Source: Trichodelitschia bisporula
Taxonomy: Eukaryota
Assembly: GCA_010356995.1 (NCBI GenBank)
Contig: ML996702.1
Location: 496,001 to 560,000, forward strand
Direction: 5' to 3'
DNA: 64,000 nucleotides
The translations under genes were made by a program, and so were the position numbers. Below, piece by piece: positions 34,606-46,573 of the stretch (positions are counted from its first letter, which is position 1; each line of letters starts with the position of its first letter). The notes beneath the pieces were generated by a model. That model did no database searches. It was not told the origin of the DNA and saw only the letters and a program-made list of their open reading frames with translations.

Positions 34606-36375
34606 CTATGCGCGCGAGAGGTGGGCTTCAACGCACCACCCCCTACCAAAAGGGTATCATGCCGGCCCCCGTAATCCGACTCCGGTCCCACGCCCGCTCC
34701 AGCCCGACATCCACAACGAAGACGCGCCACTCCTTAACCCCCTTCCAATATTCATCTGGATCAGCCATCTCCCGCGCCCTCCGCACCACGGCCAGAACCC
34801 CCTCCCTGACCGCAGCAGCACAAACCACGAAATCAGTAGGCGTGATAAGCTTTCAATCCTTAACGTGTCCAGGGAGTGGGTTGATACCGGCAGGACACTC
34901 AACCGCCACTACGCGCCCTCCGCGTTCCTCCTTCCACTCCCGCACCCATGCCAGGACATCCAGCGCCACGCCGATGTTCGCCCATGTCCCGCCCACCGCG
35001 TCTACCACCACGTCGACGCCGTCGCGCGTTACGACCTTTGCTGAGCTCCTGCCACGTCCCAATGCGGACGCCCGCGTCGATGCCCTCATCGAAGGCAGAG
35101 CGCATCTTCACGGGGCCGAGATCGGCGGTTAGGATGACGTACACATGGTCGGCGCGGCTGACCAGCAGTCGCACGGCGGTGAGGGCGGCGGTGAGCGCGC
35201 GGGGCATGGCATCTGGGCCGAGGAGGAACAGGAAGCACGGCCGGGCGGGAGCTGGGGGCTGTGCGGTGTGGGCGGTTGCCAATGCTACCTCGGCGATTTG
35301 TTCGCCATAGCACTCGGCGATGGCGCTAACTAGAACGTTGAGCTCGAGCTCGGAGATTTCCTCGAGGTAGTTGAGAGCACCGGGGGTTAGGGCGCCCGGA
35401 GTTGCTTTCGTTCCGGGAGGTGAAGGGGGTTTCCTTGGAGGCGTGGTCCTCGGAGACGTGGTGGGTGGAGAGAGATTCCTTAGAGGCGTGGTGGGCCGGG
35501 GAGAGATCCTTAGAGGCGTGGCTGGCGGAGAGAGATCCCTGAGAGGCGTGATGGGCTGGGGGGGAAATCCTTAGGGGCGTGACGGGCGGGGATGAATTCT
35601 TCGGGGGGCGTGGAGGGCGAGGAAGAACTCCTTGGAGACGTGTCAAGCCTTACTGTGTCGAAGAGTTGCAGACCTAAGGCGTCGGGGGCGGTCTGAATGG
35701 CGTGAGGCATTGGCTCCGTTACTTTGTCCGCACTTGAGGCAGAGTCCGTGATTATAAGACTGCTGGCATAGTTCCTTGGTGCGCTGAACGAAGTTCCGAT
35801 GGTGCTTCGGCTCGCCGGATGCCCCGCGGTAATCGGTCCCAGTCGAGTACTCCTTTGTCTTTCCGTTATTCGGCGAAGCAACGGGAGTCACAAGCCGTGC
35901 CGCCATCCTCGGCCCACCACTAACGGAAGCAGGACCTGCCAATGGACCCGTTCTCCAACTGCGGCACGCGAACTCGGCGGTTGTGGCGGTGTGCTTGCTG
36001 GCGAGCCCTTGCGGTCGGACGACGGGTGCTTTCCGCGCCCCGCCATTCGCACGTGCAGATTCGCGCATTGCGCGGCGTGCTGCTGAATTGTCTGCTTCCA
36101 GGAAGCATCAACCACATCGGCGAACTCGACCCTGTCGATGCCAGTACTCGGCATGTGCTCGTTGGGCGGGGATACCGAGACTGGGGGAAGAAATTAGTAA
36201 GTTTTGGACAGGAAGGAGTGGCGGGGCGGTACCGCCACTCAGTACAAAAGATTGAGGCTCGTCAAGCCTGTCCGAGACGACGTCGGTCACGAGGCCGGTG
36301 ACCGTAGACGGGCGAGTCTTGGAACGCAAACCGCATGCGGTGCCCGGAGAAAGAAGCGACCTCAATGCCGCCCAT
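34606..36375 (-). pseudogene. EDC3-like gene (Lsm-like N-terminus, YjeF-N C-terminus) disrupted by several frameshifts and a stop; intron 36181-36232
   Basis: Collinear pieces: SFSGHRMRFAF/TVTGLVTDVV..|VSV...; ALTPGALNYLEEISELEL...IAECYGEQIAEVA; FLFLLG; TWQELSK; VDVVVDAVGG; VVAVECPAGI; PTDFVVCAAAVREGVL; VFVVDVGL; IPFGRGWCV. Confidence 0.7.
35430..35645 (-). repeat. 30-nt coding minisatellite (TPLRxxSPPx-type units) inside the EDC3-like pseudogene
   Basis: Units such as cacgcctctaaggatctctccccggcccac and cacgcctctaaggaatctctctccacccac. Confidence 0.8.
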
Positions 36376-36498
36376 GATGCCTTATCGCATGGAGAATAGG
36401 GTGAGTGAGGGGATGAGGTTGGACTGAGGAGTTGTAAATTTGTAAGTGTGATATCGCTGAGATGGCTCTGAAGAAAAGTGGAAGCAGATGTCGAGAAA

Positions 36499-36618
36499 GT
36501 GTACGGAAGAAGCGTACGGAAGAAGTGTACGGAAGAAGTATACGGAAGAAGTATACGGAAGAAGTATACGGAAGAAGTATACGGAAGAAGTATACGGAAG
36601 AAGTATACGGAAGAAGTG
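36499..36618 (+). repeat. 13-nt tandem repeat (GTATACGGAAGAA), about 9 copies
   Basis: Directly visible; first copies are variants. Confidence 0.95.
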
Positions 36619-36767
36619 TTGAGCTAAATCCTGCAACGTATGACTCAGGAAAAGGTTGATATCTTGAGATGGATGGTTTTTTTCGAGGAGAAGAGATGTC
36701 GAGGACTTTTAAGACGGATCAGTTGTGGGATGAGAAAATTAGTCGGGGGTCTGACAAGGCTGAGGGA

Positions 36768-36826
36768 GGTACGCGTAACGCAACTGCCCGTATGGTACGC
36801 GTAACGCAACTGTCCGTATGGTACGC
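36768..36826 (+). repeat. 26-nt tandem duplication GGTACGCGTAACGCAACTGYCCGTAT
   Basis: Two full copies with one difference plus a partial third. Confidence 0.9.
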
Positions 36827-37107
36827 TAGCATTTGCCTCGACAGTCTTGCCACACAGTACACGTAATACTTTGCGGGGGGGCAGTTTCCCCCGCTTCACC
36901 GGCTCGTCACAGTTTCCGCAGGAAGTTGCCATGTAGCAGGGCAGTCGCACCTTCGGCATGCGCGTCCCAGGAGCAGGTCCGGATCTGGCTAGCCAGAGGG
37001 AACAGAGAAGAGAGAAGGCGCGATGGCATGTTGGCCATGGAAGGTTGGTTCGCCCTTCATTGCACCTTCCCACTTTTGCGGCGATGACGAATTCGTCCAT
37101 CCACCTG

Positions 37108-37231
37108 TCTTCTTCTTCTTCTTCTTCTTCTTCTTCTTCTTCTTCTTCTTCTTCTTCTTCTTCTTCTTCCTCTTCCTCTTCCTCTTCCTCTTCCTCTTCC
37201 TCTTCCTCTTCCTCTTCCTCTTCCTCTTCCT
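37108..37231 (+). repeat. Compound microsatellite (TCT)n-(TCCTCT)n
   Basis: Directly visible. Confidence 0.98.
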
Positions 37232-37463
37232 CACCAGCTAACAATCATCCACACAGCCCGCAAGCTGATCAAAGGTCAGCGGGACCGGACCTCTACGATG
37301 GATATCACCCTTTCAAGTGACTTCACCAGAGTGTGCGATCCGACTTGCTGTACGTATCACCTCGACACCTCCCCAGCAACAAAAACGGGCATCAATTCAT
37401 CATAGGTTACGTGTACGCATCCAGCCATCGTCCTGCCATCCTCTCAAGTCTCACTCCCCCCAA

Positions 37464-40400
37464 TCAAGTGTACACCTCCTCGGTAAAAGCATTCAACCCA
37501 AGCCCCTCCTGCGCAATATCCTCCTCCTTCAAAAACAGCAACGGCATCTCCACCAACGTCCCCTTAACCTTACTCAACAACTCCTTCACCTCCGCTACAC
37601 CCCCCGGGAACTCCTCCCGCACCACATGGCCAACCTTATACGTCCCCGCCGGCACCTTGGCCTTCTCATCCGCCAGCCGGAAGTGCTTGAGATACCACTC
37701 GTCATACTGCTTCCAGTTCTTGACCGAGTCGTGGGGGACCGGGTGGAACACCCTTCCGAATACATCGGTATTCGTGCGCGCGCGCTCGTTCCACAAGCCC
37801 TCGAATATGGGCGCCAGCGGGTCGGACACCAGCCGGTCTTCGGCCGAGCCCCAGTCGTAAGTATTCCCACTCGCGCCAACGGGCTCGTAGTTCGGCTGCG
37901 GGCGCTCATAGTCCTGCGGCGGCAGGAGGCCCAAATGCTTGCGGAAGATCTCACGGCGTAGGGAAGCGGCAAAACGCGAGCCCACGCACGGCCGCCCGTT
38001 CATCGTGATGTCCAGCGGCGTGTGGTCCGTGATCACGACGGCGATTTCCGAGTCATGGTCGCCGAGCTGCGAGCGGTCGTTGAGGTTGGCCGAGCCACAG
38101 ATAACGATACGGTCGTCGGCGATGAGAAGCTGCCCACATTAGTGCGCCCACCAAACCCTTTCAACGACGAAACTCACCTTCGAATGCACGTACAACTCCT
38201 CCGTCACAAAGGCGTCAATCTCATCCACGTTCCCTGTCTCCCACGGTACACTGCGGATGTCTGGCCCGTTGAGCATGTAGCACTCGGCCACCGAGTCCCA
38301 GCGCCCGCTGCCTAGAGCCCCGCCGCCAACCTGCCCTGCACCGGCTTGGTACTGGTGGTACGGGTCGTTCGGCGGGTATTGAGGCTTGTCGCCGTAGCCG
38401 CTGGCCGGAGGTGGGGGGCCGGGTGGTGGGCCGGGGAGCTGGCCATACTGCTGCTGCTGTGGCTGACCGTACTGCTGTTGCGGCGGCTGACCGTACTGCT
38501 GTTGTTGTGGCTGACCGTATTGCTGCTGCTGTGGTTGGCCGTGCTCCTGCTGTTGCGGTTGGCCGTATTGTTGCTGGCCGTATTGCTGAGGCTGGCCAGG
38601 CTGACCATATTGCTGTGGCTGGCCGGGTTGTCCGTAAGGCTGAGGCGACTGGGGCTGCCCAGGCTGCCCATAAGGCTGAGGCGACCGCGACTGCTCGGCC
38701 TGGCCATACGGCTGCGACGACTGCGGCTGCCCAGGCTGGCCATACGGTTGAGACGACTGCGGCTGCCCAGGCTGGCCATACGGTTGAGACGACTGCGGCT
38801 GCCCAGGCTGACCATACGACTGAGCCGGCTGCTGTCCCGGCTGCTGTCCCGGTTGCTGTCCCGGCTGCTGCGCATACCCACCACCATACAGATCATCATG
38901 CTGCTTCCTCGCATCCTCATACGGCACGCCCGTCTTCATCTCCACCTCCTTCATCGCCTTCCCCACATTAATCCGATCATAATTCCTCAAATTATAAAAA
39001 CGGATATACTCCATCGGGTTAATCCCCTCTCGTGCCAGTGACTCGTAAATACTGTGTCCCCCGCGGTTAATCGAGTTGTACTGGAACTCCATGATCGCAC
39101 GCGTGGACAGTGCGTCGTCGCTGCGTAGATCGCCCGCGAAGGCGGGGATCGCGGGCATGACGACTATGATTTTGTACCGCTGTTGGTTGCGGTGCGCACG
39201 GATGATGCGCTCGGTGATGGCGGCGCCAATTTTGTTTTTGATCGGTTTTTGAGAGGGGGAGGTGGCGGTGATGAAGAATTGGTTTTCGATGTACACGAAA
39301 TGTTCGCTGTGTTTGATCGTGCTGATGTAGGCGTCTGCGATCGAGTGCTGCCCCCGTAAGTTAGCTCTTTCCCCCCAGCCTGGCTGCAACTAACGTACCT
39401 CAATCTGCCCCCCATGGCTCCACTTCGCACAACTCCGCACAATCTGGCAACTCATCCCCTCTTTCCTCGCCTGCGACGACGGGCCCGGCTGCCCGAACCC
39501 CGGCTCGTGCTGGAATCCGAACTTCGTATCAAACCTATCTTCTAGCTTCTGCACGCCGCCTGAGAGGCGCCGGCGCATCTTTTCGTCTAGAATACCGTGC
39601 TCGCCCGTTAGGTACTTGTCGAAGCCGTGCATGCGGCCGCGGGACGAGGGACGCTCGTTTTCTTGCCCGTGGTGCGTGCCCTGCACGCGGGAATCCCAGC
39701 CGCGCGAAGTTTCGTCCTCCAAACCACGCTGGCCTGGCCCGGGGGCTGGACCGGAGGGGTCCTGGCCTTGGCTGGGGGGAGGCGGGAAGTATGGCTGCGA
39801 GGCTGGGGTGGGCGTGTATGTCTGCGGGGTGTAGCCAGCCTTGGGAGGGGGAGGGTATTGCGGCCCGGGTTGGCTGGGAGTATGCGGTGGCGCGGGGGAG
39901 GGGCCTGGGGCGTAGTAGCCTTGCTGGGGCGCGTTTCCGGGTTGCGGGTAGCCTTGCTGTGGGGGCGGGGGGTACTGCTGGCCGGCTTGACTCGGACTGT
40001 GAGGTGGCTGTGGTGTAGTACCTTGAGGATTGTAGCCTTGCTGGGGCTGGTACCCGGATTGCGAGGCGTGAGGCTGAGGAGTCTGCTGATGCGGACCACC
40101 AGCCGGACCGGTGACTGCATACCCGCCGGCCGGGGGCTTATTCTCCAGGCGAGAATACCGGACGTCCTTGCGGGACGTGTACTTCTCATCATAAATAAAG
40201 TTCCACCGCTGAACAAAATGCTCCTTCAAATCGCCGACCACGGGGCCACTCAAGCTGAGGCTGACATCCGTCCATCCCATGCGTGAATTAACCGTGCGGT
40301 CCAACTTGTTGTTCTGCCAGTTAACCACGTCCTGGAAGTCCATGATACGGCTATTATTATAGTCCTGGCCCACATACACGATTTTATTCAGATCGGCAGG

Positions 40401-41805
40401 ATGTGCATCCGCGATGCCGTGCTGATTCGTGTCCCACCGCCCGTAGCACAAGTCCAGTCCGCCCATGAAAGCGAGTGTCCCGTCTACGAGGCACAGCTTC
40501 TCGTGGTGCGCCCAGTAGAGCACGGTGTCTGCTGACACGCCGTAGAGCGATTTAAGCGCGTCGCCGGGGAGCTTGGATGCGGTTGCGGCGGTGAGGTTTA
40601 TGTTCTGCAGGTTGGCCATGAAGGACGAGTGCACGACTTGCCGGTCGGGCAGATGGTCGGGGTGGCGGAAGACGCAGATGTTTGGATGCAGATCCTCGAG
40701 GTGGTGCTTGGTGTGGGAGGAGGAGACTGTGAGGGGGGGCGCGATTAGCGGGTCGGTTTCCTCAGTGTACTCTAAAGACCTGGTGATCGCGTAGAGGCCG
40801 AGTTTTACGAGGGAGCTTGTCATCCAGTCCATTGAGGAGGGAATTGCGGAGTGGATGTAGTCACTGAGCGTGGGGTTGATGTACTTACGGGTCAACGCTT
40901 GAGTCACCTGTTTCGTTGTCAGTGGCTCCGTGAGGGAGGTGGGCGATGTTTCTTACCTCCTTGTACACGATGATATTGACCTTGACGCCGCGCTTCGCCG
41001 CCGCTTCGAGCATGCGGTCAAGCCGGTACTGCTCGTTCTTCGCCGGCGGGCGGCGCAGATACAGCTCCGGCGACAGCCACCCTACCCCTTCAGCATCATC
41101 ATTCAACTCAAGCACACAGCAACTCACAGTCAAGAATCCAAATGGACTCGCGCGCGCTCTCTATCGCAACAGACACAGCCCACATGTACCCACACCCGTC
41201 GACATACCACTTAGCATCATTGCCCTCCCGCTCCGGCACGAAGCTCAGATAGCGATTATTCGCATACGCCTCGTGAGCACCGGGATGGCAATTCCCGCTC
41301 GGATGCGTATGGCTGTGTTCCTGCTCCGTGCTCGTGAGGCGCGTTTTGATCTCCTTACCTACGGAATGGACTGCTCCGTGGAGCTTATCGAGCACGAACG
41401 CCATGCCAGGGGAATCCGGGGGCCGCGGCGAAGTACTCGTAGCAGAACTCGACTCAGCAACCGAAGCCGAAGTTGGTGAAGTAGCAGAAGCGAACTGAGG
41501 GCGCTGGTTGAGCAGATGCGGCTGGTAGGTCTGGGTGACGGGGTCCTGTTCACCAGCGTCGTTAGCGCCGCTTCTCAGTAGCGGGGTAGGTTGCGGGCTG
41601 GGCGGGCATTTCTTACAGGTCGCCCGGAGGCGGAAGCGCCGACCCCTCCTCCTGCTTCTGGCGTTGTTGGTCGCCGGATGCGCCCGACGAGCCCGTCTAG
41701 AAAGCCGCTGCGGGTGCGCTCGCTGGGACCGCGGGAGGAGCTGGAGTAGTCGCCGTAGGCGAGGTCGTCGTCGTCGCCGTCGTCGTCGAGGCGTTTGCGG
41801 GACAT
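37464..41805 (-). CDS. Phospholipase D (two HKD motifs, no PX/PH evident); introns 41546-41616, 41082-41127, 40908-40956, 40727-40888, 39348-39398, 38130-38177
   Basis: KWYVDG, WILDWWLSPELYLRRPP, WAHHEKLCLVD..AFMGGLDLCYGRWD, YIENQFF, YVHSK|LLIADDR.VICGSANLNDRS. All splice junctions keep frame. Confidence 0.95.
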
Positions 41806-42508
41806 GCTGGTGGGGGTGTGCAAAGGGGGGGGTGGGGGGCGATCACAGGGATAGAGGGGGGGAGTGGAGGATGATGGAGATGATGACAGAGAGGGAGGTG
41901 GGAGGAGTCGGATCACGGTAAGCCAGAGGAGGTTATGTAAGAGAAGCCGGGATAGAACAGGCAGTTGTCAGTTATCATCAGAGTTATCATTTCATCATCT
42001 CGAGATCATCTGCACGTTTGGCTTCCAGCCACGCCTCATTGGGTGTCGGGGGGGGGGGGGGGGAAAGGCTGGGCAATGGTGGGGCTGAGGCGTGAGCGAA
42101 AGGAGCAGATGCGGGGCTATCCATGACGTATACCGCCTCTCCTCCCCCTCACAACCGTTGCGCAAAATGAGGGGAACTAATAGGCTAGACCCGGCAGATA
42201 CCCACGATACTTATAAAGCGCAGCCGTGTCTAAGCAACCTAAGCAACCTAAGCATCAGCAAGCATCCCAATCCGGCTTCTTGACCCCAACTGCCGCTTGC
42301 CGCATTCAATTGCCCATTCTGACTTACCGTGCCGCCTTGCCGCAGCTCCCCATCCGTGAACACTTCCCGCACCAGCCCCACCTGTATATAAATCTTGACA
42401 TCATCCCGTCTTTCGTCGAACATCAGATCTAAAGCTCCATTCACAGCCTCAATCACCTCCTGCAACTCCATCAGCAACTCCCCAGTCAATCAATCAACCC
42501 AATCCACA

Positions 42509-43118
42509 ATGTCTCCCTCCAACATCGGAACCCCCGACCACCCCGTCGCAACCCTCGACGTACCTCCCCCCTCCCCAAACATCACCTCCTATAGACTAAC
42601 CTCATCCCTAGGCCAGCCTCGCCCCGCGCCTCCCAACTAGCTCCACAACCCTCTTCACGGCCAAAAAAGCCAAAAACCTCACCTTCCAAGCCATCGGCGA
42701 AGCCCTAGGGCGTGACGAAGTCGCCGTCGCCGCGCTCTTTTACGGGCAAGCCAAAGCCACCTCCGCCGACATCGGTGCCCTCGCCGAACTCCTCGAGATC
42801 CCCCAAGAACAGCTCGAAGCCGAACTAGGCGAGTGGCCCGACCGGGGACGGAGCATCGATCTCCCTCCCAAGGACCCGCTTCTCTATCGGCTGTTTGAGA
42901 TCATGCAGAATTATGGGTATGCGTACAAGGCGGTTATGAATGAGAAGTTTGGCGATGGGATTATGAGTGCTATTGCGTTTTCGACCAAGGTGGAGAAGGA
43001 GTCGGATGAGGTGGGGGATTGGGTTAAGATTACCCTTAGGGGCAAGTGGTGAGTGGTCCTTCTTTGTGGGAATGTGTTCTTTGCTGACAAGTGCAGGCTG
43101 CCGTATAAGCGGTTCTGA
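42509..43118 (+). CDS. cyn1: Cyanate hydratase (cyanase); introns 42560-42611 and 43049-43096; its main frame is absent from the ORF track
   Basis: Spliced: ...[45 protein letters not shown]...PDRG...[37 protein letters not shown]...ITLRGKW|LPYKRF*. Confidence 0.96.
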
Positions 43119-43359
43119 TCGAAGGGTCGGTTTTCTGTGGCCTGAGTTCGGTGTAATAGACTGCTTGGTGGCTTTCAGTACTGGATCAGGCTGATTTTGG
43201 AGGGCTAATTTATGCCGGGAGTATCCGAAAAGCTCCGCACATTGTGTTGTCTACCATCCACATATATATCTCGTACCTTCAATGTCTATATTCTCCTTCC
43301 ACTACCATCACTCATCCCGAGCACCCTCTTACCAGACCCAACAACCCCCCATCCGCAGG

Positions 43360-45329
43360 CTAATACTTAAACCCACCCGCCCTAGTCCAAAACCCACTCG
43401 GATCCACCCCCGCCTTCGCCCTCTTAAACCTCTCATAATCGCGATAACTCCCCGTAACATTCTGCTCCGCAAACGCATCATTCATAAAATACGGCAAGTA
43501 ATCCGCAACCTTATCCCCCTTCGCACTCGCCTGCCCACTCACCTCCTTCAACTGCTGCTCAATCCACTCCGTCAAAGCCCGCGCATACCCCTGCGCCGCC
43601 TCATCATCCTTCTTGTCGCTCCACAGGCTCGTGATCTCGAGGATGAACCGAGGTGGGTCCGATCCTTTGATACCCATGCTGTTCCCGCCGCGCGCTTCGG
43701 AGGCGCGCCCGATGAGGGGGCCGAAGGGTTGGAAGGCGATTGTGTGCTGGGGCCCGGTGAGGGCGGCGAGGCCGCTGAGCTTGGATTTGGTTATGTTGGC
43801 CCATTTGGCCTCGATTTCGGAGTACCATCCTGGGCGCGAGGCGAGGTAGGGGAGGGTGATGCTCTAAGGGGTGTTAGCGGGTGGGAGGGAAAGGTGTAAG
43901 GGGGCTAGGAAGGGGACGGGAGACGTACCCGGAACGCCGTCCGCATGGTCACGCCCGTGCTCTGGCTGAAGGCACTGCCCGTCTGCAGCGGCGGCGGCGG
44001 CGGTGGTGAAGCTGGCTTAGGGGCCGCTGTTGCCTTCGGCGCGCCGCCGAACAAACTACCCAGCCCGCCGAGTAGGCCCGCGATGCCGCCGCCGCTCGAG
44101 CCAGACGCCGGAGCTGCGCCGCCGCCGCCGAAAAGGCTGGCGAGGTTAAAGCCGCCACCGGACGAGGTAGCGCTGACGCCCATATTAAGCTGTGAAGTCA
44201 GCATCAGCGCAGGGATACAGAAGAGGGAGCGAGACTCACCATATCCGAGTACGGCTGCACCTTAACCATATCAATCAACGGACGCAGCTGCTCGAACTTG
44301 CCGAATGTGCCGGCGGGTGGCTTCTCGCCGTCATAAAAGAAGAAAACCAGGAACAAGGAGCCGCCGAGCGGATTCGACATCGTGGTGAAGATGATGGCGG
44401 CTTTGGGGTCTTTCTGCCCGCCGATGAAGTCGTGCAGGGCTGCGAAGGTGGGGTCGCGCTGGGTGAAGATGCGGATGCCGCCCCAGATTTTGCCGATTGG
44501 GTAGGCGGTTAGGGTGAATTTTGTGGTTATGCCTGGGGGGGTTAGTTCTAGCTGGTGGTTTGGACTGAGGGTTTGGGCGTACCGAATTGGTCGCCGCCGC
44601 CGCGCATGGCGACGACGAGGTCTTTGTTAGTTTGCTGGTTGATGTGGGCGATTGTGCCGTTGGCGAGGACGGTTTCGTATTCGACGATTTGCTGCTGGAG
44701 TTAGAAGTGCTGGGCAGGAACACGAGGCACCTACGTCGGCGGCCATGCCGTACTGGCTGCTCAAGTACGAGAGCCCGCCTTGCATCAGATAGCCACCAAG
44801 ACCGACAGCCCCTGAAATGTCAACACTGTTGCACCCAGAAGGCCGGCCAAAACCTACCAATACGTCCGCCCACAATGGTAACGCCATCCTTCTCCAGCTC
44901 CTTAATGACGCCAGACCATTGCCCGCCCGGCTTAAGGTACACCACCTTCTTCGCCTTGTCGTATTCAACACCCTTCATCTGGCTGAGCGCAATAAGCACA
45001 CCATCCCTAACGCTCGAATGTCCAGCATTCGGATCATGCCCTCCGCTCTTGACCGCAAACTTCACATCCGCGAACTTATTCAGAATCTTAACAATCTCCG
45101 CGACCTCCGGCGTCAATGTCGGGCGCACAATACACGCCGGCATCAACTCCGAAAGCCCAATATTGTAGTAGTCGCTATTTTCCTGCTTATACGGTCCGTC
45201 GCCCGGGTAGAACAGCTTCCCCGGAACGGCGCTCTGGATGGCCTTGCAGGCATCGAGGGTGGATGGGGTCGGGGCGGCGACCACGACCGCAGACCAGAGC
45301 TGCAGAGCCAAAAGAGTGACTGAGCGCAT
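43360..45329 (-). CDS. Secreted FAD-linked oxidoreductase (BBE-like / FAD_binding_4); introns 44812-44857, ~44692-44734, 44533-44582, 44190-44239, 43864-43928
   Basis: Signal peptide; FAVKSGGH covalent-FAD His motif; GGRIG|AVGLGGYLMQGG; YETVLANG; AMRGGGDQFG|ITTKF; C-terminal YFMNDA..Q.V..SY....K..VDP.GFW..AGGFK. Confidence 0.9.
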
Positions 45330-46573
45330 GTTGGTTCGAAGATTTTGACGCGAATGAGTGGAAGTCGAGGCTCGAGAGCTTGAAAGCTAATCGTGGGGGC
45401 GCTTTGCAGGTCATATAGCGTTCGCCGCAGCCCTACAGCCTCGTTTAGGGTACATTTCTTCGGCACTCTAGCTAATAGCGGGATCCACTCCTGGGGATGC
45501 AATACAATCGCTTGGCACTGGATGTATGGGGTGATTGCTTTGGAGGCACTTAGCTGATGAACTGTGGTATGAGCATTGTTGGGAGCTAGGTTGGTCAGCT
45601 TGCCATGTGGAGTTCCGGGGTGTTGGATGAAAAGCAGCAGAGGCTCGATATCCGATAGATTAAGCACTCGCTAGATCAGTCCTAATACTCGTAGATGTGC
45701 TCCCACAGGTCTGAGCTCGGCCCGGGCCTCCGTTGCCCAGGACACGAAGGATTCGAATGCTAGAGACATCGAGATGAGAACCAGGTTGCCGAAGATAGTT
45801 TCTGCAGCGAGCCGAGAGTTTAGACGGTGCTTATCAGCAACTCGATGGCAGCAGGAGTAGATTTGGAGTCCAAACCGATGGACATGTGGTTGGGGACCAG
45901 ACCTCAGGGCTTCGGGAGGGGTTAATTTGGTGTGAGCATCCGTGGATCTCTCGAAGCTTGAGAGCAATGTCAGTAGCGTTGCATCCTAATCTTTAGAAGA
46001 TATAACATATTGTGTCTAGAACTAGGGAAATATGCATGAGAGAGAGGAAGACGCCTCAACTCAAGGGCACCGTCGTATGAGGTTGGGAGGTCTGCCTTCC
46101 GTGGAGCATCTGTAGTCACCTGATCTCGCGTCTCTGTCGTGTCCAGCGATAGTGCCCTACCCGTGGAGCTTGCCTTGATACCGAGCTGTTTTGAACGTTG
46201 ATATGCGGCTGCTCTCCGAGGATTCAGCTGTCCAGATTCCGAATTTCTGAACGGAACACAAATGGAGATACTGGTGTCACGTGACACATTCAAGTCATCT
46301 ATGTGGTCAATGATGCTTTACAGCTGCTGTAGCAGCTGTTACTGTATGTGTTCGGATCTAAATGCGCGCGAGAATTGATCGGAGTTGTGTTAAGCAGTTT
46401 CCGAATTGGCTCCCTACGTCATTCGCCATACCACGTGATATCTCGATGACAGGCGCCCCGACTGCGCAACAATGACAACCTTCAGCCCCGCCAACTTTCA
46501 ACAAACAAACATACCCCGCCATCAATACCCCCATCACTCGTCTCCAGCTCCGTCGCTTCACCAGTTCGGCAAC

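Noticed and set aside
34853..34855. Premature TGA in the EDC3-like gene as an A-to-I editing-restored stop
   Set aside because: Editing could not repair the multiple frameshifts in the same gene
36499..36618. 13-nt repeat array as a CRISPR-like locus
   Set aside because: Repeats abut with no unique spacers, no cas genes, eukaryotic context
36645..37320. Poly-E, poly-S, poly-K and poly-F ORFs
   Set aside because: Frames of a microsatellite
42509..45329. Cyanase as part of a cyanase-carbonic anhydrase or detoxification cluster
   Set aside because: No carbonic anhydrase nearby; intron-containing standard fungal cyanase with unrelated neighbours
45525..45536. SRE-like ATCACCCCAT (minus strand) upstream of the FAD oxidase
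   Set aside because: Single imperfect match, expected by chance in 64 kb
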